Shown piece by piece: positions 1 to 10,011 of a stretch of DNA of 60,188 nucleotides. The notes under the pieces were generated by a model. The model saw only the letters and a program-made list of their open reading frames with translations, searched no databases and was not told the DNA's origin. The stretch comes from Chloroflexota bacterium (GTDB lineage: Bacteria > Chloroflexota > Limnocylindria > P2-11E). The translations under genes were made by a program, and so were the position numbers. Position 1 is the first letter of the stretch, and every line of letters starts with the position of its first letter. The stretch is taken from the NCBI GenBank assembly GCA_005880575.1, contig VBIZ01000109.1:1-60188 (forward strand), given 5' to 3'.

Positions 1-2
1 CG

Positions 3-215
3 ATCCGGTACCTCACGCAGACCCGCGGAGTCAATCTTGCGGGCGTGAAGCTCCTGCTCCAGCTCCGTGACGCGGCGGACTTCTTGGACGAGATCGCGAA
101 CGAGCTCGCCCGCGAGGATGCCGGGGCCGAGACGCAACTGACGGTCGAAGCAACGCACGAACCGACGAATCGCAAGCCACGTACGCGCCAACGCCAAAAG
201 GGCGTTGAGCTTTGA
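3..215 (+). CDS. hspR: 3' end of a MerR-family heat-shock repressor (HspR-like). The gene is partial and its 5' end lies outside the window.
   Basis: The open frame from the window edge reads IRYLTQTRGVNLAGVKLLLQLRD..., matching the conserved HspR/MerR segment (LTQ..GVNLAGV). TGA at 213-215. Lies directly upstream of lon, a J-protein and clpB. Confidence 0.6.
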   Translation: MRYLTQTRGVNLAGVKLLLQLRDAADFLDEIANELAREDAGAETQLTVEATHEPTNRKPRTRQRQKGVEL

Positions 216-267
216 AAGCTCCATCGACATTCGAGCGCGTCCATCAACGGCTAGAAGGAAAGAAGAA

Positions 268-2703
268 GTGACCGACCCAGAGACAACGACAACGAACCCG
301 AACTCACAGGCAAACCAGTTCCCGAACGACCTGCCCCTCGTTCCGCTCCGGGAGGCAGTCGTCTTCCCGAAGCTGGTGGTGCCGCTCGGGGTCGGTCGCG
401 AGAAGAGCGTCGCGGCCATCAACGCGGCAATGAACGAGGAAAAGCACTACATCATCCTCGCCGCCCAGAAGGACGCCGAGGTCGATGATGTCTCGCCCGA
501 GCAGATCTACTCGGTCGGCACCGTTGCCGAGATCGTGCGCCTCCTCCGGATCCCGGACGGCAGCGCGCAGATCATCGTCCAGGGTCTCAGCCGTGTCCGT
601 ATCAAGAACTACCTCCCGGAGCAGCGCTTCTTCCGCGTGAACTTCGAGGTCATCCCCGACGAGATCGGGAACCCGGTCGAGCGGGAGGCGCTCCTTCGCA
701 GCGTGCGCGGCCTGTTCGAGAAGTACGTCGATAACGGCGGCTCCATCCTTCCCGAGCTCGCCATGACCGCGAAGAACACCGAGGACGCTGCGCACTTCGC
801 GGACCTCGTCGCGTCGAGCCCTGACCTCACCCTCGAGCAGCGCCAGCAGCTCCTCGAGATGCCGGCCGTCGTCGAGCGGCTGAAGTTCATCTCGGTCTTC
901 CTCGCCAAGCAGAACGAAATCCTCGAGCTCAAGGCGAAGATCCAGAGCGAGGTCCAGCAGACCCTCGACAAGACCCAGCGCGAATACATCCTCCGCGAGC
1001 AGATGAAGGCGATCCAGAAGGAGCTCGGCGAGGATGAGGGCGGAGCCGAGCTCCGCGAGATCCGCGAGAAGATCGAGCAGGCCGGCATGCCCGAGGCCGT
1101 CAAGGAAAAGGCCCTGAAGGAAGTCGCTCGGCTCGAGAAGATCCCGCAGGCCTCGCCGGAGACGGGCGTCATCCGCACGTATGTCGATTGGCTCATCTCG
1201 CTCCCGTGGAGCAAGGCCGCGAGCGACGACTGGGACATCCAGCAGGCCGCGAAGATCCTCGACGAGGATCACTACGGCCTGCCCAAGATCAAGGACCGGA
1301 TCCTCGAGTACATGGCCGTCCGCAAGCTCGCACCGGGCCTGCGCGCGCCGATCCTCTCCTTCGTGGGACCGCCCGGCGTCGGCAAGACGAGCCTCGGCAA
1401 GTCGATCGCCCGAGCCATGGGCCGCAAGTTCATCCGTATGTCGCTCGGTGGCATTCGCGATGAGGCGGAGATCCGCGGACACCGTCGCACCTACGTGGGT
1501 GCCCTGCCCGGCCGCATTTTGCAGAACATGAAGACCGCCGGCGAGGTGAACCCGGTATTCATGCTCGACGAGATCGACAAGGTCGGCGCGGATTTCCGCG
1601 GCGACCCGAGCTCTGCGCTCCTCGAGGTCCTCGACCCCGAGCAGAACAACGCGTTCAGCGACCACTACCTCGAGGTGCCGTACGACCTTTCGAAGGTGAT
1701 CTTCATCACAACCGCGAACGTCGAAGACACGATCATCCCGCCGCTCCGCGACCGCATGGAGATCATCCGTCTCCCCGGCTACACCGAGGACGAGAAGATG
1801 CACATCGCGAAGGGCTTCCTCCTGCCGAAGCAGCTGAAGCAGCACGGTCTCGAGGAAGGCAAGCTCGTGATGGGCGACGACACGCTTCGCAAGCTCGTCC
1901 GCGAGTACACGCGCGAGGCCGGCGTGCGCAACCTCGAGCGGGAGATCGGCACGATCAACCGCAAGGTCGCGCGAACGATCGCCGAGGGCAAGGCCGCGAC
2001 CATCGAGGTCAAGCCCGAAGACCTCGACAAGTACCTTGGCCCCGAGCGGTTCGAGTACGGGCTCGCCGAGAAGGAGGACCAGGTCGGCGCGGCCACCGGC
2101 GTTTCGGTGTCCGAGCACGGCGGCGACGTCCTCACCGTCGAGGCCACGATCATGGACCAGGGATCCAAGCAGGAGGAGTTCGTCCTCACCGGCCAGATCC
2201 AGAAGGTCATGGAAGAGTCGGCCATCGCGGCGCTCAGCTACGTGCGAGCGCACTACGCCGAGCTCGGGGTGCCGAAGGGCTTCTTCAAGGACCACGCCAT
2301 GCACATCCACGTTCCGGCGGGAGCGATCCCGAAGGACGGACCGTCTGCCGGCGTGACGATGGCGACCGCCATCGTGTCGGCGCTAACGGGACGGAAGGTC
2401 CGAAAGGACGTCGCGATGACCGGCGAGATCACGCTCCGTGGGCTGGTCCTTCCGATCGGCGGCGTGAAGGAGAAGCTGCTCGCGGCGCACCGTGCCGGGA
2501 TCAAGACCTTCCTCATGCCGAAGAAGAACAAGAAGGACCTCGTCGATGTACCGCAGGAGGTCATCGACACGGTCGACATCAAGCTCATGGAGACGATCGA
2601 CGAGGTGCTCAAGGCGGCGCTGTTGCCCGGACCGAACGTGACGCCCGCGCAGATCGAGGCGGCACGTCCGAGCATCGCACCGTCGGGCGCGCCAGCGCAC
2701 TAG
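268..2703 (+). CDS. lon: ATP-dependent Lon protease (LonA)
   Basis: N-terminal LPLVPLREAVVFP, Walker A GPPGVGKTS and catalytic serine motif PKDGPSAGV. The tracked ORF starts at TTG 205. GTG 268 is preferred because GGAAAG lies just upstream, but the start is uncertain. Confidence 0.93.
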   Translation: MTDPETTTTNPNSQANQFPNDLPLVPLREAVVFPKLVVPLGVGREKSVAAINAAMNEEKHYIILAAQKDAEVDDVSPEQIYSVGTVAEIVRLLRIPDGSAQIIVQGLSRVRIKNYLPEQRFFRVNFEVIPDEIGNPVEREALLRSVRGLFEKYVDNGGSILPELAMTAKNTEDAAHFADLVASSPDLTLEQRQQLLEMPAVVERLKFISVFLAKQNEILELKAKIQSEVQQTLDKTQREYILREQMKAIQKELGEDEGGAELREIREKIEQAGMPEAVKEKALKEVARLEKIPQASPETGVIRTYVDWLISLPWSKAASDDWDIQQAAKILDEDHYGLPKIKDRILEYMAVRKLAPGLRAPILSFVGPPGVGKTSLGKSIARAMGRKFIRMSLGGIRDEAEIRGHRRTYVGALPGRILQNMKTAGEVNPVFMLDEIDKVGADFRGDPSSALLEVLDPEQNNAFSDHYLEVPYDLSKVIFITTANVEDTIIPPLRDRMEIIRLPGYTEDEKMHIAKGFLLPKQLKQHGLEEGKLVMGDDTLRKLVREYTREAGVRNLEREIGTINRKVARTIAEGKAATIEVKPEDLDKYLGPERFEYGLAEKEDQVGAATGVSVSEHGGDVLTVEATIMDQGSKQEEFVLTGQIQKVMEESAIAALSYVRAHYAELGVPKGFFKDHAMHIHVPAGAIPKDGPSAGVTMATAIVSALTGRKVRKDVAMTGEITLRGLVLPIGGVKEKLLAAHRAGIKTFLMPKKNKKDLVDVPQEVIDTVDIKLMETIDEVLKAALLPGPNVTPAQIEAARPSIAPSGAPAH

Positions 2704-2721
2704 CTTCCGGGGGCGGAACGG

Positions 2722-3705
2722 ATGCCGGTCGAGTACAAGGACTACTACAAGACGCTTGGCGTTCCGAAGAACGCCTCGACCGACGACATCAAGAAGGCCT
2801 ACCGCAAGCTGGCACGTCAATACCACCCGGACGTAAACAAAAAGGCGGACGCGGAGAAGCGCTTCAAAGAGATCAACGAGGCGAACGAAGTCCTCAGCGA
2901 TCCCGAGAAGCGCAAGCGGTACGACACGGTCGGCCCCGAATGGGAGCAGTTCGCGCAAGGGCGCGGACGTCCCTCGGGGACCGGCGGCTTCCAGTACGTA
3001 TACACGGGCCAGCCCGGCGAGAGCCCCTTCGGCGAAGATGCCAGCGGGTTCTCCGATTTCTTCCGGACGCTCTTCGGTCAGGCCGCGAATGGCGGGTTCG
3101 CGGACTCCGATGATCTGTTCGGTCGTACACGTACGCGGACGCGATCACGCGCTAGACAGGGCGAGGATGTCGAGGGCGAGGTCGAGATCACGTTGCCCGA
3201 GGCCTACAGAGGCACGGAAAACGTGATCCAAATCTCCCGCGACAACGGCGAGCCTGCGCGGCGGCTCACCGTGAAGATCCCGCCGGGGGTCAAGGATGGC
3301 CAGCGGATTCGTCTTGCAGGGCAGGGGAATCCGGGCGCGGGGGGCGGCCCGCCTGGTGACGCGTACCTCCGCGTGCGGGTGAAGCCGCACCCGTTCTTCA
3401 CGCGCGACGGCGACGATCTTCGCGTCGATCTGCCGGTCGCGATGCACGAAGCGATGCTCGGCGGGGAAGTTACCGTGCCCACGCTCAAGGGTCGGGTGTC
3501 CCTGCGCATCCCGCCGGAAACGCAGAACGGGCGCACTATTCGTCTCGCCGGTCAGGGAATGCCGCGAGCGGGCGGCGGTCACGGCGATCTGTACAGCACG
3601 GTGAAGGTCGTCATGCCGACGAAGCTCAGCGAGAAAGAGCGCGAGCTCGCACGCGAAGTCGCCACGTCACGCAGCGGGGAGAACGTCCGGAGCCATCTGT
3701 TATAG
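2722..3705 (+). CDS. cbpA: J-domain co-chaperone, CbpA-type (DnaJ class II, no zinc-finger CxxCxGxG repeats)
   Basis: J-domain DYYKTLGV...[14 protein letters not shown] (HPD motif), a G/F-rich linker and C-terminal substrate-binding domains. No Cys repeats seen. Confidence 0.85.
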   Translation: MPVEYKDYYKTLGVPKNASTDDIKKAYRKLARQYHPDVNKKADAEKRFKEINEANEVLSDPEKRKRYDTVGPEWEQFAQGRGRPSGTGGFQYVYTGQPGESPFGEDASGFSDFFRTLFGQAANGGFADSDDLFGRTRTRTRSRARQGEDVEGEVEITLPEAYRGTENVIQISRDNGEPARRLTVKIPPGVKDGQRIRLAGQGNPGAGGGPPGDAYLRVRVKPHPFFTRDGDDLRVDLPVAMHEAMLGGEVTVPTLKGRVSLRIPPETQNGRTIRLAGQGMPRAGGGHGDLYSTVKVVMPTKLSEKERELAREVATSRSGENVRSHLL

Positions 3706-3826
3706 AGCGGGCGACAGAATGCGAGCGAGCGGGATTCACTCCCGTGAGCGAGCAACCACAAGCCTTTAGCAACGGTCGAGGCGTGGAGGCAAGGCCGACA
3801 GGCCGAGCCGGTTAGGTAGGTACTCA

Positions 3827-6484
3827 GTGATAGATCCAAATAAGTTGACCGAAAAATCGCAGGAGGCGCTTGTCGCCGCGCAGCAGAAGGCGCGCGAGGA
3901 AGGCCATGCCCAGCTCGACGTCGAGCACCTGGCGGCCGCCCTCGTGGACCAGGCCGGCGGCATCGTGCCGAGCGTGCTCACGGCGCTCGGCATCCAGCCC
4001 GCGCAGCTTTCCACCGCGCTCGCGACCGAGCTTCAGCGCCAGCCCAAGGTGACCGGCAACGTGCAGCTCTCCGCGTCGGCGCGGCTCGGGCGCGTGCTGC
4101 AGCAGGCGCAGAAGGAAGCGGAGTCCCTCGGCGACGAGTACGTCTCCACTGAGCACCTCCTCCTCGCGATGACCGAGGACCAGGGCTACACCGGTCAGGC
4201 GCTGAAGCGGCTTGGCGCGACGCACGAGCGTGTCCTGAACGCGCTCAAGGATGTTCGCGGCAACCAGCGTGTCACCGATCAGAACCCCGAGGGGAAGTAC
4301 CAGGCGCTCGATAAGTACGGCCGCGACCTGACCGAGATGGCGCGGAAGAACAAGATCGATCCGGTCATCGGCCGCGACGAGGAGATCCGGCGCGTCATCC
4401 AGGTCCTGTCACGCCGCACGAAGAACAACCCAGTCCTCATCGGCGAGCCCGGCGTTGGCAAGACGGCGATCGTCGAGGGCCTCGCGCAGCGCATCGTGCG
4501 CGGTGACGTTCCCGAGGGTCTGAAGGACAAGCGCGTTTTCGCGCTCGACATCGGGTCGCTCCTCGCGGGCGCGAAGTATCGCGGCGAGTTCGAGGAACGC
4601 CTGAAGGCCGTCCTCAAGGAGATCGCGTCGAGCGAAGGCCAGATCATCCTGTTCATCGACGAGCTCCACACCGTCGTCGGTGCTGGAGCGGCCGAGGGCG
4701 CGGTCGACGCGGCGAACATGCTGAAGCCGATGCTCGCCCGCGGCGAGCTCCACACCATCGGCGCGACCACGCTCGACGAGTACCGCAAGCACATCGAGAA
4801 GGACGCGGCGCTCGAGCGGCGGTTCCAGCCGGTCTACGTCGGGGAGCCGACGCTCGAGGACACGATCTCCATCCTTCGCGGACTACGCGAGCGGTACGAG
4901 ATCCACCACGGCGTTCGGATCCAGGACTCCGCGCTGGTCGCGGCGGCCACGCTCTCGTCGCGTTACATCACCGATCGCTTTCTCCCGGACAAGGCGATCG
5001 ACCTCGTCGACGAGGCCGGGTCCAAGCTCCGCATGGAGATCGACTCGATGCCGGCCGAGCTCGACGAAGTGGAGCGGACGATCTCGCGCCTGGAGATCGA
5101 GCGCGAGGCGCTGAAAAAGGAAAGCGACGCCGCGAGCAAGGAGCGCTTGCAGAAGCTCGAGCGCGAGCTCGCGCACGCCAAGGAAGAGGCGAGCGTGCTC
5201 CGCGCGCACTGGCAGCAGGAGAAGGCGGCGATCACCGAGATCCGCGAGAAGCGCCAGCAGCTCGAAGCCATCCGGGCCGAGGTCGAGCGCGCCGAGCGCG
5301 CCGCCGATTACGCGAAGGCGGCCGAGCTCAAGTACAGCACCGTCGCCAACATCGAAAAAGAGATCGCGCGCGCCGAGAAGCGGCTCGCGGACTTGCAGAA
5401 GAATCAGAAGATGCTGACCGAGGAGGTCACGCCGGAGGACGTCGCCGACGTCGTCGCGAAGTGGACGGGCATCCCGGTCACCAAGCTTCTCGAGGGTGAG
5501 GTTTCCAAGCTCCTGCGCATGGAGCAGAACCTTCACGAGCGCGTCGTCGGCCAGGAGGAAGCCGTGACCGCGGTCGCGAACGCGGTCCGCCGCGCGCGTG
5601 CGGGCATGCAGGACCCGAACCGGCCCCTCGGCTCGTTCCTATTCCTCGGTCCGACAGGCGTCGGCAAGACCCTGCTGGCGAAGGCGCTTGCCGAATTCCT
5701 CTTCGACGACGAAAAATCGCTCGTGCGCCTCGACATGTCCGAGTACATGGAGAAGCACACGGTCGCGAGGCTCATCGGAGCACCTCCGGGCTACATCGGC
5801 TTCGAGGAGGGCGGTCAGCTGACCGAGGCGGTCCGCCGCCGGCCGTACTCCGTGCTCCTGCTCGACGAGATCGAGAAAGCGCACCCCGACGTCTTCAATG
5901 TGCTCCTGCAGATCCTCGACGACGGGCGTCTGACCGACGGCAAGGGCCGCACGGTCGACTTCAAGAACGTCGTCATCATCATGACGAGCAACGTCGGCTC
6001 GACCTTCATCACCGAGCTCGCCGATCAGCAGGAGCTCCTTCGCAAGCGCGTCATGGACGCGCTGCGCGGTCAGTTCCGCCCCGAGTTCCTGAACCGGGTC
6101 GACGAGATCGTCATCTTCAAGAATCTCGTGACGGGGCAGCTCATGGAGATCGTCGAGAAGGAGACGAAGATCCTCGCGAAGCGCCTCGCCGAGCGGAAGA
6201 TCACGCTCGACCTCTCGGACAACGCGAAGTCGCTCATCGCGAAGGAAGGCTTCGATCCCGTGTACGGCGCGCGCCCGATCAAGCGCACGATCCAGAGGCT
6301 CATCATCGATCCGCTCGCGCAGAAGGTGCTCACGGGCGAGTTCAAAGAGGGCGACACGGTCTTCGTCGATGCGCAGGACGGCAAGATCGTCTTCTGGAGC
6401 GAGCAGTACGCGCAGGAAAAGGCCGCAGAAAACGGCGGGCGCGAGCCCGCAGCCGCCGGCGGCCGCGGCAGACGGGCGAACTAG
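3827..6484 (+). CDS. clpB: Chaperone disaggregase ClpB
   Basis: N-terminal [11 protein letters not shown], two AAA+ Walker A motifs ([17 protein letters not shown]) and a long coiled-coil middle domain between them. GTG start. Confidence 0.95.
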   Translation: MIDPNKLTEKSQEALVAAQQKAREEGHAQLDVEHLAAALVDQAGGIVPSVLTALGIQPAQLSTALATELQRQPKVTGNVQLSASARLGRVLQQAQKEAESLGDEYVSTEHLLLAMTEDQGYTGQALKRLGATHERVLNALKDVRGNQRVTDQNPEGKYQALDKYGRDLTEMARKNKIDPVIGRDEEIRRVIQVLSRRTKNNPVLIGEPGVGKTAIVEGLAQRIVRGDVPEGLKDKRVFALDIGSLLAGAKYRGEFEERLKAVLKEIASSEGQIILFIDELHTVVGAGAAEGAVDAANMLKPMLARGELHTIGATTLDEYRKHIEKDAALERRFQPVYVGEPTLEDTISILRGLRERYEIHHGVRIQDSALVAAATLSSRYITDRFLPDKAIDLVDEAGSKLRMEIDSMPAELDEVERTISRLEIEREALKKESDAASKERLQKLERELAHAKEEASVLRAHWQQEKAAITEIREKRQQLEAIRAEVERAERAADYAKAAELKYSTVANIEKEIARAEKRLADLQKNQKMLTEEVTPEDVADVVAKWTGIPVTKLLEGEVSKLLRMEQNLHERVVGQEEAVTAVANAVRRARAGMQDPNRPLGSFLFLGPTGVGKTLLAKALAEFLFDDEKSLVRLDMSEYMEKHTVARLIGAPPGYIGFEEGGQLTEAVRRRPYSVLLLDEIEKAHPDVFNVLLQILDDGRLTDGKGRTVDFKNVVIIMTSNVGSTFITELADQQELLRKRVMDALRGQFRPEFLNRVDEIVIFKNLVTGQLMEIVEKETKILAKRLAERKITLDLSDNAKSLIAKEGFDPVYGARPIKRTIQRLIIDPLAQKVLTGEFKEGDTVFVDAQDGKIVFWSEQYAQEKAAENGGREPAAAGGRGRRAN

Positions 6485-6532
6485 AGACCGCTCCGGCACA
6501 CCCCGCACGAGCCTCGATGCCACGCTCAGGCC

Positions 6533-7405
6533 GTGGGACGCATCGCGCTCGTGGTTTTCGGGTTCCTCTTGATCACGTGCGGATCGCACGTCGAATCCGA
6601 CAGCGCGCGCGTCGATCCGCTGCTCGCGCTAGAAAAAGATCCGCAGGCGGTGCTCGCCGCCGCCAAGCATCCGACCTACAGGGCGACGTACGAGATGACC
6701 TTCGGGTCGCTCCTCACGCCGCCCTCGCCGTCGCCGGGGCTGGGCTTCTCGAGCACGCAAACGTATGTCGCACGGCCGCCAGATTTTCGATGGGACTTCA
6801 CATTCTCCGGCGCCAAGCAATTCGGTATGAGTGCCATCCTGCGTGGCGCCGACACCTTCATCTGCGTCGACGCCGGCACGGCCGGCATGGCCGGCGCGCC
6901 CGGAACGGCCGGCTGCTACACGATGCCCGCGGACACCACCCAGCAGCTGCTCGCTTCGCTCGACATGTCCCCGCTCGACTCGATGGTGTCGGCGACGAAG
7001 GACATGGACGTTACCATCCTGCCGCGCGAGCGCATCGCGAACCGTGATGCGGCGTGCTTTCGGTGGCGCCAGCGCGTCGGCGCTTCCGCCTCGCCGTCGC
7101 CGACCGATTTGAACGCGCTCTTCGCGCATCTCGGCGACGCGAAACTCGAAGCGTGCTTCTCCGCGGATGGCGTAATGCTCCGCACGCTCGTGTCTGCCGG
7201 AGCCCTGTTCAGCGTCGAGCAGCGAGCGACGAGCGTCACCGCGACGGTCACGGATGCCGACTTCGCGCTGCCCTATCCGGTCTCGAGCGGGCCGTTCCCG
7301 ATCCCGACCACCGCTCCGGTCATCCATACCTCGCGGCCCACGCCCACGATCCCGACGTCCACCCCGGCCAAACCGCAGACCCCAAAGCCCACGCCGACGC
7401 GCTGA
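6533..7405 (+). CDS. Putative lipoprotein of unknown function (possibly LolA/RseB-like fold). Paralog 1.
   Basis: Signal peptide with lipobox LLITC. High GC3. Shares motifs with the next gene (ARPPDFRWD, DMD.T.LPRE.IA.RDAACFRW, DADFALPY) and has a Pro/Thr-rich tail ending PTPTR. Confidence 0.6.
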   Translation: MGRIALVVFGFLLITCGSHVESDSARVDPLLALEKDPQAVLAAAKHPTYRATYEMTFGSLLTPPSPSPGLGFSSTQTYVARPPDFRWDFTFSGAKQFGMSAILRGADTFICVDAGTAGMAGAPGTAGCYTMPADTTQQLLASLDMSPLDSMVSATKDMDVTILPRERIANRDAACFRWRQRVGASASPSPTDLNALFAHLGDAKLEACFSADGVMLRTLVSAGALFSVEQRATSVTATVTDADFALPYPVSSGPFPIPTTAPVIHTSRPTPTIPTSTPAKPQTPKPTPTR

Positions 7406-8157
7406 TGCGCGCTCTCCTTCTCGTGCTGGCCCTCTCGCTGGGTGCGGCATGCGGCGACCACGCGGCGATCGATCCGCTCGCGCAGCTCGAGACGGATCCG
7501 GACCGGATGCTCGCGGCAGCGCAGCCGACGTACAAGGCGACGTACGACTCGTCCACGACCTGGTCCGCCTCCGTCTACCGCGGGGTGCCTCAGCCTCCGG
7601 TGACGCGCCACATGATGACCGTGGTCTACGCAGCTCGGCCGCCGGACTTCCGCTGGGACCTGACGTACGACGACAACCTGCCGACGAGGTACAACGTCAT
7701 CGCGCACGCGCGGGGCGGGGAGTACTGCATGAATGCGCCCGGCCCCACTGCCTGTTACGTCCTCGAACCCGATCTCATGGAATTCTGGATCCAGGCGCTC
7801 ACGGATTCACCGTGGGAGGCCTACAGAAACGTCATCCGGGACATGGATGCCACCGTGCTGCCTCGCGAGCACATCGCAGGCCGCGATGCGGCGTGCTTTC
7901 GCTGGACATCCCGCAAGCCCCTGCCGAGCCGGACGATAGATGACTCATTCGAGGGATGCTTCGATAGCAACGGCGTTGTCCTGCGCGCGACGGCGGACCA
8001 CTTGGACATGCGGGACGAGTTCCGCGCGGTGAGCACCAGCGATCGAGTTGGCGATGCGGATTTTGCGCTCCCGTACACGCTCAGAGCCGGACCCTGGCCG
8101 ACATGGACTCCCCAACCGGTTCCGAGCAGCACCGTCGCCCCCACGCCCACGCGCTGA
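7405..8157 (+). CDS. Putative lipoprotein, paralog 2 of 6533..7405
   Basis: ATG 7405 overlaps the upstream TGA (TGATG). Signal peptide MRALLLVLALSLGAAC (lipobox). Same conserved motifs and the same PTPTR C-terminus as the upstream gene. Confidence 0.6.
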   Translation: MRALLLVLALSLGAACGDHAAIDPLAQLETDPDRMLAAAQPTYKATYDSSTTWSASVYRGVPQPPVTRHMMTVVYAARPPDFRWDLTYDDNLPTRYNVIAHARGGEYCMNAPGPTACYVLEPDLMEFWIQALTDSPWEAYRNVIRDMDATVLPREHIAGRDAACFRWTSRKPLPSRTIDDSFEGCFDSNGVVLRATADHLDMRDEFRAVSTSDRVGDADFALPYTLRAGPWPTWTPQPVPSSTVAPTPTR

Positions 8158-8182
8158 TTCCGCGGCCGCGCGATATACAGGC

Positions 8183-9214
8183 ATGGTGGGACCGCGCCTG
8201 CTCGTCATCGCGATCCTTCTGGTCTCCTGCGGAGGACCGTCCATCGCGCCGACGTCGCCGTCCCTGATGGCGGCGAGCGCTAGCCCGACCGCCTCGCCGA
8301 CGCTCGAACCAACTCCTTCGCCGACGGCGCGGCCGATCGCGTCGGTGCTCGAGGGCATCGATCCCGCGAAGCTGAACGACCACATGGTCGCGCTCGCCTC
8401 GTTCGGTTCCCGTGACGTGCGCAACCCGAATCACGCGAAGGCCGTCGCCTACCTCAAGGAGCAGCTCGGCGCGATCCCGGGCATCACCGTGCGGTCGCAC
8501 CTCGGCACCTACCAATCGCTTCCGCTCGAGAACATCCTCGCGTTCATCGATCCCCTCGCGCCGGCGCCGGAGCAGGGCTGGATCATGATCTGCGCTCACT
8601 ACGACTCGATCTCCAGCTTTCAGCCGGGCTGGACACCTGCGAAGGCCGCCACCATGGCCGCGCCAGGCGCCGACGACAACGGGACGGGCACGGCCGCGCT
8701 TCTCGAATACGCACGCGTGCTCGCGCAGGAGCGCTCGACGCTGCGGCAACGGATCGTCCTCGCGTTCTTCGACGGTGAAGAGCTCTTCTTCAAAGGGAGC
8801 GCGTCATATCTCGGAACGCTCGGGACGCCGGCTCCGTATGCCGCCGTGATCAACATCGACATGGTCGGCTTCAACCCGATCGCCGATCGGCTCGACCTCA
8901 TCTACTACACGAATGGCTCCGCCGCCCTCCGCGACCAGGTGATCGCGGCGAACGATCGCTACCGGATCGGGGTCGCGCCTCTCGTGTCGCAGCTCGCATC
9001 GAGCGGCGCCACCATCCTCGACGCGGCGCCATTCGGTCTCGCCGGGATTCCCGCGGTCGCGCTCGTGCAGCGATACGGCGAGAACGACGCGACCTTTCCC
9101 GGGAACTACACCTTCCACACCGTGGACGACACGCCGGATAAGGTGACGAACAAGCGACTCTGGCTGAAGGCCGCGAAGCTCACGCTCGCGACCGCGCTCG
9201 AGCTCGCGCGCTAA
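8183..9214 (+). CDS. M28-family metallopeptidase (aminopeptidase-like) lipoprotein
   Basis: Lipobox LLVSC followed by a P/T/S-rich linker. M28 metal-ligand motifs CAHYDS, GADDNGTGTAALLE, FFDGEE and NIDMVG. Confidence 0.8.
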   Translation: MVGPRLLVIAILLVSCGGPSIAPTSPSLMAASASPTASPTLEPTPSPTARPIASVLEGIDPAKLNDHMVALASFGSRDVRNPNHAKAVAYLKEQLGAIPGITVRSHLGTYQSLPLENILAFIDPLAPAPEQGWIMICAHYDSISSFQPGWTPAKAATMAAPGADDNGTGTAALLEYARVLAQERSTLRQRIVLAFFDGEELFFKGSASYLGTLGTPAPYAAVINIDMVGFNPIADRLDLIYYTNGSAALRDQVIAANDRYRIGVAPLVSQLASSGATILDAAPFGLAGIPAVALVQRYGENDATFPGNYTFHTVDDTPDKVTNKRLWLKAAKLTLATALELAR

Positions 9215-9477
9215 GCGCGCACCGCCTCGCGCCGGCTGCGCCACGATTTCCACGTCCAGACCGCGCCGGCGATCGCGAGGATCGTGCATCCGACCCATGA
9301 GACGAGCACGCCGAACGCGACATCAGCGCGGACCGTGATCGTCGTCTCGTCCTGGATCGCCGCCCAGCCCAGAGCCGCGGCGCAGTAGGGCATGCCGGCC
9401 GCGATGACGAGCACGCCGATGGAAGCCCAGAGCCGGACCGAGCGAAGGCGCATGTCGCCGGAGCCTACGGAGCGCAT
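9211..9477 (-). CDS. Small membrane protein with two predicted TM helices, function unknown
   Basis: Its ATG immediately follows the methyltransferase TGA (TGAATG). High GC3 and two hydrophobic segments. Confidence 0.5.
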   Translation of the reverse strand: MRSVGSGDMRLRSVRLWASIGVLVIAAGMPYCAAALGWAAIQDETTITVRADVAFGVLVSWVGCTILAIAGAVWTWKSWRSRREAVRA

Positions 9478-10011
9478 TCACGGCACGAGGCTCAAAGCGG
9501 AATAGATCCGGCGCAGGAACCGACTCGGAACGGTCGCAAGCTTTCGGGTAGCGACAAAGCCGCTCTCGCTCGCGAGCTCCCTCCAAGTTTCGAACGAAAG
9601 AGGGTGCGGCACCCAGCCGTTACCGCGGTCGCTGTCGTACTCCACGAGGATGAGCCGTCCGCCATGTTTGAGATAGCCGCGCACCAGCGCGAGCACTCGT
9701 GTCTTGTCTTCGACGAAATGAAGCGAGTTCGCCATAACGATCCCATCGAGATCGGCAAGATCGAGCGGCCGCGTGAAGTCGGCGGCCTGGACGCGTAGCT
9801 CGGCCTGCGGCACCGCCGAGACGAAGGCGCTTCGGAGCTCGGCGAGCGACGCACGGTCGCGGTCGATCGCGTGGATGACTCCATGCGGGCCGATCAGATC
9901 GGCGAGCGCGAGGGTGAACGCGCCCGTCCCGGCACCGAGGTCGGCCCACGTGCCGCCCTCGCCCTGGGCGACGCCGCCCGCCAGAAGCGCGACGTGATCG
10001 GCGTGGTTCAC
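9478..10011 (-). CDS. Class I SAM-dependent methyltransferase
   Basis: Motif I ADLGAGTGAFTLALADL and a later ILVEYD-type motif. Overlaps the dtd stop by 4 nt. Confidence 0.8.
   Translation of the reverse strand: MNHADHVALLAGGVAQGEGGTWADLGAGTGAFTLALADLIGPHGVIHAIDRDRASLAELRSAFVSAVPQAELRVQAADFTRPLDLADLDGIVMANSLHFVEDKTRVLALVRGYLKHGGRLILVEYDSDRGNGWVPHPLSFETWRELASESGFVATRKLATVPSRFLRRIYSALSLVP

Noticed and set aside
304-2310. A 668-aa ORF on the minus strand, opposite lon
   Set aside because: This is a shadow ORF typical of GC-rich DNA. Its composition is dominated by R/A/G/D/L/E/V and it has no recognisable motifs. The plus-strand frame carries unambiguous Lon motifs.
3735-3780. A tRNA-like T-arm (GCGGG-ATTCACT-CCCGT) followed by ...AACCA, upstream of clpB
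   Set aside because: No complementary acceptor 5' strand, D-arm or anticodon arm can be drawn, and the segment is too short for a tRNA or tmRNA.
3706-3826. A search for HAIR (CTTGAGT-N7-ACTCAAG) or CIRCE operators upstream of clpB
   Set aside because: Only a half-site-like TACTCAG is present next to the start codon, with no inverted partner. This is not enough to call an operator.
7054-7404. The upstream extension of the second lipoprotein ORF, and the similar extension 8048..8182 for the M28 gene
   Set aside because: Both extensions overlap the preceding gene in another frame and are Arg-rich. The signal peptides with lipoboxes begin at 7405 and 8183 respectively.
9205-9219. The palindrome GCGCGCTAAGCGCGC at the convergent, overlapping stop codons of the M28 gene and the small membrane protein gene
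   Set aside because: It is explained by two overlapping stop codons (CTAA) flanked by Ala/Arg codons. A 6-bp stem with no U-tract is too weak to call a terminator.
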